This document shows, piece by piece, positions 1 through 16,900 of a DNA stretch of 64,000 nt. This DNA is from the human T2T-CHM13v2.0 reference genome, Homo sapiens, in assembly GCF_009914755.1 (NCBI RefSeq), contig NC_060945.1; one strand, given 5' to 3'. The notes under the pieces were generated by a model. It ran no database searches. It was given only the letters and a program-made list of their open reading frames with translations, and was not told where the DNA came from. Positions within the stretch are counted from its first letter, which is position 1. Each line of letters begins with the position of its first letter. Both the position numbers and the translations under genes were made by a program.

Positions 1-3000
1 TATTATATACTGTACATAAAATATGAAAGTACATCAAATATATGTCTTATTCTGTACATAAAATATCAAAGTACCCAAACTATACATTATATACTGTACA
101 TAAAATATGAAATTACATCAAATATATATTAGGTACATAAAATATGAAAGTACATCAAATATAGATTATATACTGTACATAAAATATCAAAGTACCCCAA
201 ATATATATTATATACTCTACATGAAATATCAAAGTTCACAAACTATATATTATATACTGTACATATAATATGAAAGTACCCAAGGTATATATTCTATACT
301 GTACAAAAAATATCAAAGTACCAAAAGCATGTATTATATACTGTATACAGAATATGAAAGTACATTAAATATATATTTTATTCTGTACATAAAATATCAA
401 AGTACACCAGATATATATTCTATAGTGTACATAAAATAACAAAGTACACAAACTATAAATTATATACTGTACATAAAATATGAAATTACATCAAATATAT
501 ATTAGGTACATAAAATATGAAAGTACATCAAATATAGATTATATACTGTACATATAATATCAATGTACCCCAAATATATATTTTATACTCTACATGAAAT
601 ATCAAAGTTCACAAACCATACATTATATACTGTACATAAAATATCAAAGTACCCAAGGTATATATTCTATAGTGTACAAAAAATATGAAAGTACCCAAAG
701 CATGTATTATATACTGTACATAAAATATGAAACTACATCAAATATATATTTTATTCTGTACATAAAATATCAAAGTACACCAGATATATATTCTATAGTG
801 TACATAAAATATCAAATTACCCAAACTATACATTATATACTGTACATAAAATATGAAATTACATCAAATATATATTATATTAGGTACATAAAATATGAAA
901 GTACATCAAATATAGATTATATACTGTACATAAAATATCAAAGTACCCCAAATATATATTATATAGTGTACATGAAATATCAAAGTTCACAACTATATAT
1001 TATATACTGTACATAAAATATCAAAGTCCCCAAGGTATATATTCTATACTGTACAAAAAATATCAAAGTACCCAAAGCATGTATTATATACTGTACATAA
1101 AATATGAAATTACATCAAATATATATTATATTAGGTACATAAAATATGAAAGTACATCAAATATAGATTATATACTGTACATAAAATATCAAAGTACCCC
1201 AAATATATATTATATACTGTACATGAAATATCAAAGTTCACAACTATATATTACATACTGTACATAAAATATCAAAGTACCCAATTTATATATTCTATAC
1301 TGTACAAAAAATATCAAAGTAACCAAAGCATGTATTATATACTGTACATAAAATATGAAAGTACATCAAATATATATTTTATTCTGTACATAAAATATCA
1401 AAGTACAGAAGATATATATTCTATAGTGTACATAAAATATCAAAGTACCCAAACTATACATTTTATACTGTACATAAAATATGAAATTACATCAAATATA
1501 TATTAGGTACATAAAATATGAAAGTACATCAAATATAGATTATATACTGTACATTAAATATCAAAGTACCCGAAATATATATTATATACTGTACATGAAA
1601 TATCAAAGTTCACAAACTATATATTATATACTGTACATAAAATATCAAAGTACCTAAGGTATATATTCTATACTGTACAAAAAATATCAAAGTACCCAAA
1701 GCATGTATTATATACTGTATATAAAATATGAAAGTACATCAAATATATATTTTATTCTGTACAGAAAATATCAAAGTACACCAGATATATATTCTATAGT
1801 GTACATAAAATAACAAAGTACACAAACTATAAATTATATACTGTACATAAAATATGAAATTACATCAAATATATATTAGGTACATAAAATATGAAAGTAC
1901 ATCAAATATAGATTCTATACTGTACATATAATATCAATGTACCCCAAATATATATTTTATACTCTACATGAAATATCAAAGTTCACAAACCATATATTAT
2001 ATACTGTACATAAAATGTCAAATTACCCAAGGTATATATTCTATACTGTACAAATAATATCAAAGTACCAAAAGCATGTATTATATACTGTACATAAAAT
2101 ATGAAAGTACATCAAATATATATTTTATTCTGTACATAAAATATCAAAGTACACCAGATATATAATCTATAGTGTACATAAAATATCAAAGTTCCCAAAC
2201 TATACATTATATAATGTACATAAAATATGAAATTACATCAAATATATATTAGGTACATAAAATATGAAAGTACATCAAATATAGATTATATACTGTACAT
2301 AAAATATCAAAGTACCCCAAATATATTTTATATACTGTACATGAAATATCAAATTTCACAAACTATATATTATATACTGTACATAAAATATCAAAGTACC
2401 CAAGGTATATATTCTATACTGTACAAAAAATATCAAAGTACCCAAAGCATGTATTATATACTGTACATAAAATATGAAAGTACATCAAATATGTATTTTA
2501 TTCTGTACATAGAATATCAAAGTACACCAGATATATATTCTATAGTGTACATAATATAACAAAGTATAAAAACTATACATTATATACTGTACATAAAATA
2601 TGAAATTACATCAAATATATATTAGGTACATAAAATATGAAAGTACATCAAATATAGATTATATACTGTACATAAAATATCAAAGTACCCCAAATATATA
2701 TTATATAATGTACATGAAATATCAAAGTTCACAAACCATATATTATATACTGTACATAAAATATCAAAGTACCCAAGGTATATATTCTATACTGTACAAA
2801 AAATATCAAAGTACCCAAAGCATGTATTATATACTGTACATAAAATATGAAATTACATCATATATATATTTTATTCTGTACATAAAATATCAAAGTACAC
2901 CAGATATATATTCTATAGTGTACATAAAATATCAAAGTACCCAATCTATACATTATATACTGTACATAAAATATGAAATTACATCAAATATATATTAGGT

Positions 3001-6000
3001 ACATAAAATATGAATGTACATCAAATATAGATTATAAACTGTACATAAAATATCAAAGTACCCTAAATATATATTATATACTCTACAAGAAATATCAAAG
3101 TTCACACACTATATATTATATACTGTACATAAAATATCAAAGTACCCAAGGTATATATTCTATACTGTACAAAAAATATCAAAGAACCCAAACCATGTAT
3201 TATATACTGTACATAAAATATGAAAGTACATCAAATATATATTTTATTCTGTACATAAAATATCAAAGTACACCAGATATATATTCTATAGTGTACATAA
3301 AATAACAATGTACGCAAACTATACATTATATACTGTACATAAAATATGAAATTACATCAAATATATATTAGGAACATAAAATATGAAAGTACATCAAATA
3401 TAGATTATATACTGTACATAAAATATCAATGTACCCCAAATATATATTTTATACTCTACATGAAATACCAAAGTTCACAAACCATATATTATATACTGTA
3501 CATAAAATATCAAAGTACCCAAGGTATATATTCTATACTGTACAAAAAATATCAAAGTACCCAAAGCATGTATTATATACTGTACATAAAATATGAAAGT
3601 ACATCAAATATATATTTTATTCTGTACATAAAATATCAAAGTACACCGGATATATATTCTATAGTGTACATAAAATATCAAAGTACCCAAACTATACATT
3701 ATATACTGTACATAAAATAAGAAATTACATCAAATATATATTATATTAGGTACATAAAATATGAAAGTACATCAAATATAGATTATACACTGTACATAAA
3801 ATATCAATGTACCCCAAATATATATTTTATACTCTACATGAAATACCAAAGTTCACAAACCATATATTATATACTGTACATAAAATATCAAAGTACCCAA
3901 GGTATATATTCTATACTGTACAAAAAATATCAAATTACCCAAACCATGTATTATATACTGTACATAAAATATGAAAGTACATCAAATATATATTTTATTC
4001 TGTACATAAAATATCAAAGTACACCAGATATATATTCTATAGTGTACATAAAATATCAAAGTACCCAAACTATACATTATATACTGTACATAAAATATGA
4101 AATTACATCAAATATATATTATATTAGGTACATAAAATATGAAAGTACATCAAATATAGATTATATACTGTACATAAAATATCAAAGTACCCCAAATATA
4201 TATTATATACTCTACATGAAATATCAAAGTTCACAAACTATATATTATATACTGTACATAAAATATCAAAGTACCCAAGGTATATATTCTATAATGTACA
4301 AAAAATATCAAAGTACCCAAAGCGTGTATTATATACTGTATATAAAATATGAAATTACATCAAATATATATTTTATTCTGTACATAAAATATCAAAGTAC
4401 ACCAGATATATATTCTATAGTGTACATAAAATATCAAAGTACCCAAACTATACATTATATACTGTACATAAAATATGAAATTACATCAAATATATATTAT
4501 ATTAGGTACATAAAATATGAAAGTACATCAAATATAGATTATATACTGTACATTAAATACCAAAGTACCCCAAATATATATTTTATACTGTACATGAAAT
4601 ATCAAAGTTCACAAACTATATATTATATACTGTATATAAAATATCAAAGTACCCAAGGTATATATTCTATACTGTACAAAAAATATCAAAGTACCCAAAG
4701 CATGTATTATATACTGTACCTAAAATATGAAAGTACATCAAATATATATTTTATTCTGTACATAAAATATCAAAGTACACCAGATATATATTCTATAGTG
4801 TACATAAAATATCAAAGTACCCAAACTATACATTATATACTGTACATAAAATATGAAATTACATCAAATATATATTATATTAGGTACATAAAATATGAAA
4901 GTACATCAAATATAGATTATACACTGTACATAAAATATCAAAGTACCCCAAATATATATTATATACTCTACATGAAATATCAAAGTTCACAAACTATATA
5001 TTATATACTGTACATAAAATAAAGTCCCCAAGGTATATATTCTATACTGTAGAAAAAATATCAAAGTACCCAAATCATGTATTATATACTGTATATAAAA
5101 TATGAAAGTACATCAAATATATATTTTATTCTGTACATAATATATCAAAGTACACCAGATATATATTCTATAGTGTACATAAAATAACAAAGTACAAAAA
5201 CTATAAATTATATACTGTACATAAAATATGAAATTACATCAAATATATATTAGGTACATAAAATATGAAAGTACATCAAATATAGATTATATACTGTACA
5301 TAAAATTTCAATGTACCCCAAATATATATTTTATACTCTACATGAAATATCAAAGTTCACAAACCATATATTATATACTGTACATAAAATATCAAAGTAC
5401 CCAAGGTATATATTCTATACTATACAAAAAATATCAAAGTACCCAAAGCATGTATTATATACTGTACCTAAAATATGAAAGTACATCAAATATATATTTT
5501 ATTCTGTACATAAAATATCAAAGTACACCAGATATATATTCTATAGTGTACATAAAATATCAAAGTACCCAAACTATACATTATATACTGTACATAAAAT
5601 ATGAAATTACATCAAATATATTTTATATTAGGTACATAAAATATGAAAGTACATCAAATATAGATTATATACTGTACATTAAATACCAAAGTACCCCAAA
5701 TATATATTTTATGCTGTACATGAAATATCAAAGTTCACAAACTATATATTATATACTGTACATAAAATATCAAAGTACCCAAGGTATATATTCTATACTG
5801 TACAAAAAATATCAAAGTACCCAAAGCATGTATTATATACTGTACATAAAATATGAAAGTACACCAAATATATATTTTATTCTTTACATAAAATACCAAA
5901 GTACACCAGATATATATTCTATAGTGTACATAAAATAACAAAGTACACAAACTATAAATTATATACTGTACATAAAATATGAAATTACATCAAATATATA

Positions 6001-9000
6001 TTAGGTACATAAAATATGAAAGTACATCAAATATAGATTATATACTGTACATAAAATATCAATGTACCCCAAATATATATTTTATACTCTACATGAAATA
6101 TCAAAGTTCACAAACCATATATTATATACTGTACATAAAATATCAAAGTACCCAAGGTATATATTCTATACTGTACAAAAAATATCAAAGTACCCAAAGC
6201 ATGTATTATATACTGTACATAAAATATGAAAGTACACCAAATATATATTTTATTCTGTACATAAAATATCAAAGTACACCAGATATATATTCTATAGTGT
6301 ACATAAAATATCAAAGTACCCAAACTATACATTATATACTGTACATAAAATATGAAATTACATCAAATATATATTAGGTACATAAAATATGAAAGTACAT
6401 CAAATATAGATTATATACTGTACATAAAATATCAATGTACAACTAATATATATTTTATACTCTACATGAAATATCAAAGTTCACAAACTATATATTATAT
6501 AATGTACATAAAATATCAAAGTACCCAAGGTATATATTCTATACTGTACAAAAAATATCAAAGTACCCAAAGCATGTATTATATACTGTACATAAAACAT
6601 GAAAGTACATCAAATATATATTTTATTCTGTACATAAAATATCAAAGTACACCAGATATATATTCTATAGTGTACATAAAATATCAAAGTACCCAAACTA
6701 TACATTATATACTGTACATAAAATATGAAATTACATCAAATATATATTATATTAGGTACATAAAATATGAAAGTACATCAAATATAGATTATATACTGTA
6801 CATAAAATATCAAAGTACCCCAAATATATATTATATACTCTACATGAAATATCAAAGTTCACAAACTATATATTATATACTGTACATAAAATATCAAAGT
6901 ACCCAAGGTATATATTCTATAATGTACAAAAAATATCAAAGTACCCAAAGCGTGTATTATATACTGTATATAAAATATGAAATTACATCAAATATATATT
7001 TTATTCTGTACATAAAATATCAAAGTACACCAGATATATATTCTATAGTGTACATAAAATATCAAAGTACCCAAACTATACATTATATACTGTACATAAA
7101 ATATGAAATTACATCAAATATATATTATATTAGGTACATAAAATATGAAAGTACATCAAATATAGATTATATACTGTACATTAAATACCAAAGTACCCCA
7201 AATATATATTTTATACTGTACATGAAATATCAAAGTTCACAAACTATATATTATATACTGTACATAAAATATCAAAGTACCCAAGGTATATATTCTATAC
7301 TGTACAAAAAATATCAAAGTACCCAAAGCATGTATTATAAACTGTACATAAAATATGAAAGTACATCAAATATATATTTTATTCTGTACATAAAATATCA
7401 AAGTACACCAGATATATATTCTATAGTGTACATAATATATCAAAGTACCCAAACTATACATTATATACTGTACATAAAATATGAAATTACATCAAATATA
7501 TATTATATTAGGTACATAAAATATGAAAGTACATCAAATATAGATTATATACTGTACATAAAATATCAAAGTACCCAAATATATATTATATACTCTACAG
7601 GAAATATCAAAGTTCACACACTATATATTATATACTGTACATAAAATATCAAAGTACCCAAGGTATATATTCTATACTGTACAAAAAATATCAAAGTACC
7701 CAAAGCATGTATTATATACTGTATGTAAAATATGAAAGTACATCAAATATATATTTTATTGTGTACATAAAATATCAAAGTACACCAGATATGTATTCTA
7801 TAGTGTACATAAAATATCAAATTACCCAAACTATACATTATATACTGTACAGAAAATATGAAATTACAGCAAATATATATTATATTAGGTACATAAAATA
7901 TGAAAGTACATCAAATATAGATTATATACTGTACATTAAATACAAAAGTACCCCAAATATATATTTTATACTGTACATGAAATATCAAAGTTCACAAACT
8001 ATATATTATATACTGTACATAAAATATCAAAGTACACAAGGTATATATTCTATACTGTACAAAAAATATCAAAGTACCCAAAGCATGTATTATAAACTGT
8101 ACATAAAATATGAAAGTACATCAAATATATATTTTATTCTGTACATAAAATATCAAAGTACACCAGATATATATTCCATAGTGTACATAAAATATCAAAA
8201 TACCCAAACTATACATTATATACTGTACATAAAATATGAAATTACATCAAATATATATTATATTAGGTACATAAAATATGAAAGTACATCAAATATAGAT
8301 TATATACTGTACATTAAATACCAAAGTACCCCAAATATATATTTTATACTGTAAATGAAATATCAAAGTTCACAAACTATATATTATATACTGTACATAA
8401 AATATCAAAGTACCCAAGGTATATATTCTATACTGTAGAAAAAATATCAAAGTACCCAAAGCATGTATTATATACTGTACATAAAATATGAAAGTACATC
8501 AAATATATATTTTATTCTGTACATAAAATATCAAAGTACACCAGATATATATTCTATAGTGTACATAAAATATCAAAGTACCCAAACTATACATTATATA
8601 CTGTACATAAAATATGAAATTACATCAAATATATATTATATTAGGTACATAAAATATGAAAGTACATCAAATATAGATTATATACTGTACATAAAATATC
8701 AAAGTACCCAAATATATATTACATACTCTACATGAAATATCAAAGTTCACAAACTATATATTATATACTCTACATAAAATATCAAAGTACCCAAGGTATA
8801 TATTCTATACTGTACAAAAAATATCAAAGTACCCAAAGCATGTATTATAAACTGTACATAAAATATGAAAGTACGTGAAATATATATTTTATTCTGTACA
8901 TAAAATATCAAAGTACACCAGATATATATTCTATAGTGTACCTAAAATATCAAAGTACCCAAACTATACATTACATACTTTACATAAAATATGAAATTTC

Positions 9001-9849
9001 ATCAAATATATATTATATTAGGTACATAAAATATGAAAGTACATCAAATATAGATTATATACTGTACATTAAATACCAAAGTACCCCAAATATATATTAT
9101 ATACTCTACATGAAATATCAAAGTTCTCACAATATATATTATATACTGTACATAAAATATCAAAGTACCCAAGGTGTATATTCTATACTGTACAAAAAAT
9201 ATCAAAGTACCCAAAGCATGTATTATATACTGTATATAAAATATGAAAGTACATCAAATATATATTTTATTCTGTACATAAAATATCAAAGAACACCAGA
9301 TATATATTCTATAGTGTACATAAAATAACAAAGTACACAAACTATAAATTATATACTGTACATAAAATATGAAATTACATCAAATATATATTAGGTACCT
9401 AAAATATGAAAGTACATCAAATATAGATTATATACTGTACATAAAATATCAATGTACCCCAAATATATATTTTATACTCGACATGAAATATCAAAGTTCA
9501 CAAACCATATATTATATACTGTACATAAAATATCAAAGTACACAAGGTATATATTCTATACTGTACAAAAAATATCAAAGTACCCAAAGCATGTATTATA
9601 TACTGTACATAAAATATGAAAGTACATCAAATATATATTTTATTCTGTACATAAAATATCAAAGTACACCAGATATATATTCTATAGTGTACATAAAATA
9701 TCAAAGTACCCAAACTATACATTATATACTGTACATAAAATATGAAATTACATCAAATATATATTAGGTACATAAAATATGAAAGTACATCAAATATAGA
9801 TTATATACTGTACATAAAATATCAATGTACAACAAATATATATTTTATA

Positions 9850-12800
9850 CTCTACATGAAATATCAAAGTTCACAAACTATATATTATATAATGTACATA
9901 AAATATCAAAGTACCCAAGGTATATATTCTATACTGTACAAAAAATATCAAAGTACCGAAAGCATGTATTATATACTGTACATAAAATATGAAAGTACAT
10001 CAAATATATATTTTATTCTGTACATAAAATATCAAAGTACACCAGATATATATTCTATAGTGGACATAAAATATCAAAGTACCCAAACTATACATTATAT
10101 ACTGTACATAAAATATGAAATTACATCAAATATATATTATATTAGGTACATAAAACATGAAAGTACATCAAATATAGATTATATACTGTACATTAAATAC
10201 CAAAGTACCCCAAATATATATTTTATACTGTACATGAAATATCAAAGTTCACAAACTATATATTATATACTGTACATAAAATATCAAAGTACCCAAGGTA
10301 TATATTCTATACTGTACAAAAAATATCAAAGTACCCAAAGCATGTGTTATAAACTGTACATAAAATATGAAAGTACATCAAATATATATTTTATTCTGTA
10401 CATAAAATATCAAAGTACACCAGATATATATTCTATAGTGTACCTAAAATATCAAAGTACCCAAAGTATACATTATATACTGTACATAAAATATGAAATT
10501 ACATCAAATATATATTATATTAGGTACATAAAATATGAAAGTACATCAAATATAGATTATATACTGTACATTAAATACCAAAGTACCCCAAATATATATT
10601 TTATACTGTACATGAAATATCAAAGTTCACACACTATATATTATATACTGTACATAAAATATCAAAGTACCCAAGTTATATATTCTATACTGTACAAAAA
10701 ATATCAAAGTACCCAAAACATGTATTATAAACTGTACATAAAATATGAAAGTACATCAAATATATATTTTATTCTGTACATAAAATATCAAAGTACACCA
10801 GATATATATTCTATAGTGTACATAAAATATCAAAGTACCCAAACTATACATTATATACTGTACATAAAATATGAAATTACATCAAATATATATTATATTA
10901 GGTACATAAAATATGAAAGTACATCAAATATAGATTATATACTGTACATTAAATACCAAAGTACCCCAAATATATATTTTATACTGTACATGAAATATCA
11001 AAGTTCACAAACTATATATTATATACTGTACATAAAATATCAAAGTACCCAAGGTATATATTCTATACTGTACAAAAAATATCAAAGTACCCAAAGCATG
11101 TATTATAAACTGTACATAAAATATGAAAGTACATCAAATATATATTTTATTCTGTACATAAAATATCAAAGTACACCAGATATATATTCTATAGTGTACA
11201 TAAAATATCAAAGTACCCAAACTATACATTATATACTGTACCTAAAATATGAAATTACATAAAATATATATTATATTAGGTACATAAAATATGAAAGTAC
11301 ATCAAATATAGATTATATACTGTACATAAAATATCAAAGTACCCAAATATATATTATATACTCTACAGGAAATATCAAAGTTCACACACTATATATTATA
11401 TACTGTACATAAAATATCAAAGTACCCAAGGTATATATTCTATACTGTACAAAAAATATCAAAGTACCCAAAGCATGTATTATATACTGTATGTAAAATA
11501 TGAAAGAACATCAAATATATATTTTATTCTGTACATAAAATATCAAAGTACACCAGATATATATTCTATAGTGTACATAAAATATCAAAGTACCCAAAGC
11601 ATGTATTATAAACTGTACATAAAATATGAAAGTACATCAAATATATATTTTATTCTGTACATAAAATATCAAAGTACACCAGATATATATTCTATAGTGT
11701 ACATAAAATAACAAAGTACACAAACTATAAATTACATACTGTATATAAAATATGAAATTACATCAAAAATATATTAGGTACATAAAATATGAAAGTACAT
11801 CAAATATAGATTATATACTGTACATAAAATATCAATGTACCCCAAATATATATTTTATACTGTACATGAAATATCAAAGTTCACAAACTATATATTATGT
11901 ACTGTACAAAAAATATCAAAATACCCAAGGTATATATTCTATACTGTACAAAAAATATCAAAGTACCCAAAGCATGTATTATATACTGTACATAAAATAT
12001 GAAAGTACATCAAATATATATTTTATTGTGTACATAAAATATCAAAGTACACCAGATATATATTCTATAGTGTACATAAAATATAAAAGTACCCAAACTA
12101 TACATTATATACTGTACAGAAAATATGAAATTACAGCAAATATATATTATATTAGGTACATAAAATATGAAAGTACATCAAATATAGATTATATACTGTA
12201 CATTAAATACCAAAGTACCCCAAATATATATTTTATACTGTATATGAAATATCAAAGTTCACAAACTATATATTATATACTGTACATAAAATATCAAAGT
12301 ACACAAGGTATATATTCTATACTGTACAAAAAATATCAATGTACCCAAAGCATGTATTATAAACTGTACATAAAATATGAAAGTACATCAAATATATATT
12401 TTATTCGGTACATAAAATATCAAAGTACACCAGATATATATTCTATAGTGTACATAAAATATCAAAGTACCCAAACTATACATTATATACTGTACATAAA
12501 ATATGAAATTACATCAAATATATATTATATTAGGTACATAAAATATGAAAGTACATCAAATATAGATTATATACTGTACATAAAATATCAAAGTACCCCA
12601 AATATATATTATATACTCTACATGAAATATCAAAGTTCACAAACTATATATTATATACTGTACATAAAATATCAAAGTACCCAAGGTATATGTTCTATAC
12701 TGCACAAAAAATATCAAAGTACCCAAAGCATGTATTATATATTGTATATAAAATATGAAAGTACATCAAATATATATTTTATTCTGTACATAAAATATCA

Positions 12801-15800
12801 AAGTACACCAGATATATATTCTATAGTGTACATAAAATAACAAAGTACACAAACTATAAATTATATACTGTATATAAAATATGAAATTACATCAAAAATA
12901 TATTAGGTACATAAAATATGAAAGTACATCAAATATAGATTATATACTGTACATAAAATATCAATGTACCCCAAATATATATTTTATACTCTACATGAAA
13001 TATCAAAGTTCACAAACTATATATTATGTACTTTACATAAAATACCAAAATACCCAAGGTATATATTCTATACTGTACAAAAAATATCAAAGTACCCAAA
13101 GCATGTATTATATACTGTACATAAAATATGAAAGTACATCAAATATATATTTTATTCTGTACATAAAATATCAAAGTGCACCAGATATATATTCTATAGT
13201 GTACATAAAATATCAAAGTACCCAAACTATACATTATATACTGTACAGAAAATATGAAATTACAGCAAATATATATTATATTAGGTACATAAAATATGAA
13301 AGTACATCAAATATAGATTATATACTGTACATTAAATACCAAAGTACCCCAAATATATATTTTATACTGTACATGAAATATCAAAGTTCACAAACTATAT
13401 ATTATATACTGTACATAAAATATCAAAGTACACAAGGTATATATTCTATACTGTACAAAAAATATCAAAGTACCCAAAGCATGTATTATATACTGTACAT
13501 AAAATATGAAAGTACATCAAATATATATTTTATTCTATACATAAAATATCAAAGTACACCAGATATATCTTCTATAGTGTACATAAAATAACAAAGTACA
13601 CAAACTATAAATTATATACTGTACATAAAATATGAAATTACATCAAATATATATTAGGTACATAAAATATGAAAGTACATCAAATATAGATTATATACTG
13701 TACATAAAATATCAATGTACCCCAAATATATATTTTATACTGTACAGGAAATATCAAAGTTCACAAACCATATATTATATACTGTACATAAAATATCAAA
13801 GTACCCAAGGTATATATTCTATACTGTACAAAAAATATCAAAGTACCCAAAGCATGTATTATATACTGTACATAAAATATGAAAGTACATCAAATATATA
13901 TTTTATTCTGTACATAAAATATCAAAGTACACCAGATATATATTCTATAGTGTACATAAAATATCAAAGTACCCAAACTATACATTATATACTGTACATA
14001 AAATATGAAATTACATCAAATATATATTATATTAGGTACATAAAATATGAAAGTACATCAAATATAGATTATATACTGTACATAAAATATCAAAGTACCC
14101 AAATATATATTACATACTCCACATGAAATATCAAAGTTCACAAACTATATATTATATAATGTACATAAAATATCAAAGTACCCAAGGTATATATTCTATA
14201 CTGTACAAAAAATATCAAAGTACCGAAAGCATGTATTATATACTGTACATAAAATATGAAAGTACATCAAATATATATTTTATTCTGTACATAAAATATC
14301 AAAGTACACCAGATATATATTCTATAGTGGACATAAAATATCAAAGTACCCAAACTATACATTATATACTGTACATAAAATATGAAATTACATCAAATAT
14401 ATATTATATTAGGTACATAAAACATGAAAGTACATCAAATATAGATTATATACTGTACATTAAATACCAAAGTACCCCAAATATATATTTTATACTGTAC
14501 ATGAAATATCAAAGTTCACAAACTATATATTATATACTGTACATAAAATATCAAAGTACCCAAGGTATATATTCTATACTGTACAAAAAATATCAAAGTA
14601 CCCAAAGCATGTGTTATAAACTGTACATAAAATATGAAAGTACATCAAATATATATTTTATTCTGTACATAAAATATCAAAGTACACCAGATATATATTC
14701 TATAGTGTACATAAAATATCAAAGTACCCAAAGTATACATTATATACTGTACATAAAATATGAAATTACATCAAATATATATTATATTAGGTACATAAAA
14801 TATGAAAGTACATCAAATATAGATTATATACTGTACATTAAATACCAAAGTACCCCAAATATATATTTTATACTGTACATGAAATATCAAAGTTCACACA
14901 CTATATATTATATACTGTACATAAAATATCAAAGTACCCAAGTTATATATTCTATACTGTACAAAAAATATCAAAGTACCCAAAACATGTATTATAAACT
15001 GTACATAAAATATGAAAGTACATCAAATATATATTTTATTCTGTACATAAAATATCAAAGTACACCAGATATATATTCTATAGTGTACATAAAATATCAA
15101 AGTACCCAAACTATACATTATATACTGTACATAAAATATGAAATTACATCAAATATATATTATATTAGGTACATAAAATATGAAAGTACATCAAATATCG
15201 ATTATATACTGTACATTAAATACCAAAGTACCCCAAATATATATTTTATACTGTACATGAAATATCAAAGTTCACAAACTATATATTATATACTGTACAT
15301 AAAATATCAAAGTACCCAAGGTATATATTCTATACTGTACAAAAAATATCAAAGTACCCAAAGCATGTATTATAAACTGTACATAAAATATGAAAGTACA
15401 TCAAATATATATTTTATTCTGTACATAAAATATCAAAGTACACCAGATATATATTCTATAGTGTACATAAAATATCAAAGTACCCAAACTATACATTATA
15501 TACTGTACCTAAAATATGAAATTACATAAAATATATATTATATTAGGTACATAAAATATGAAAGTACATCAAATATAGATTATATACTGTACATAAAATA
15601 TCAAAGTACCCAAATATATATTATATACTCTACAGGAAATATCAAAGTTCACACACTATATATTATATACTGTACATAAAATATCAAAGTACCCAAGGTA
15701 TATATTCTATACTGTACAAAAAATATCAAAGTACCCAAAGCATGTATTATATACTGTATGTAAAATATGAAAGAACATCAAATATATATTTTATTCTGTA

Positions 15801-16900
15801 CATAAAATATCAAAGTACACCAGATATATATTCTATAGTGTACATAAAATATCAAAGTACCCAAACTATACATTATATACTGTACAGAAAATATGAAATT
15901 ACAGCAAATATATATTATATTAGGTACATAAAATATGAAAGTACATCAAATATAGATTATATACTGTACATTAAATACCAAAGTACCCCAAATATATATT
16001 TTATACTGTATATGAAATATCAAAGTTCACAAACTATATATTATATACTGTACATAAAATATCAAAGTACACAAGGTATATATTCTATACTGTACAAAAA
16101 ATATCAATGTACCCAAAGCATGTATTATAAACTGTACATAAAATATGAAAGTACATCAAATATATATTTTATTCTGTACATAAAATATCAAAGTACACCA
16201 GATATATATTCTATAGCGTACATAAAATATCAAAGTTCCCAAACTATACATTATATACTGTACATAAAATATGAAATTACATCAAATATATATTATATTA
16301 GGTACATAAAATATGAAAGTACATCAAATATAGATTATATACTGTACATAAAATATCAAAGTACCCCAAATATATATTATATACTCTACATGAAATATCA
16401 AAGTTCACAAACTATATATTATATACTGTACATAAAATATCAAAGTACCCAAGGTATATGTTCTATACTGCACAAAAAATATCAAAGTACCCAAAGCATG
16501 TATTATATATTGTATATAAAATATGAAAGTACATCAAATATATATTTTATTCTGTACATAAAATATCAAAGTACACCAGATATATATTCTATAGTGTACA
16601 TAAAATAACAAAGTACACAAACTATAAATTATATACTGTATATAAAATATGAAATTACATCAAAAATATATTAGGTACATAAAATATGAAAGTACATCAA
16701 ATATAGATTATATACTGTACATAAAATATCAATGTACCCCAAATATATATTTTATACTCTACATGAAATATCAAAGTTCACAAACTATATATTATGTACT
16801 GTACATAAAATACCAAAATACCCAAGGTATATATTCTATACTGTACAAAAAATATCAAAGTACCCAAAGCATGTATTATATACTGTACATAAAATATGAG
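9850..16900 (+). repeat. Direct duplication (about 9850-13130 vs 14120-16900) with a 499-bp internal indel
   Basis: Offset is 4267 for ORF ends 11262/15529 and starts 11475/15742, then 3768 for 12840/16608 and 12881/16649. Shared variants: AGTGGACAT, AAACATGAA, ATGTGTTAT, CTGCACAA. Confidence 0.82.
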
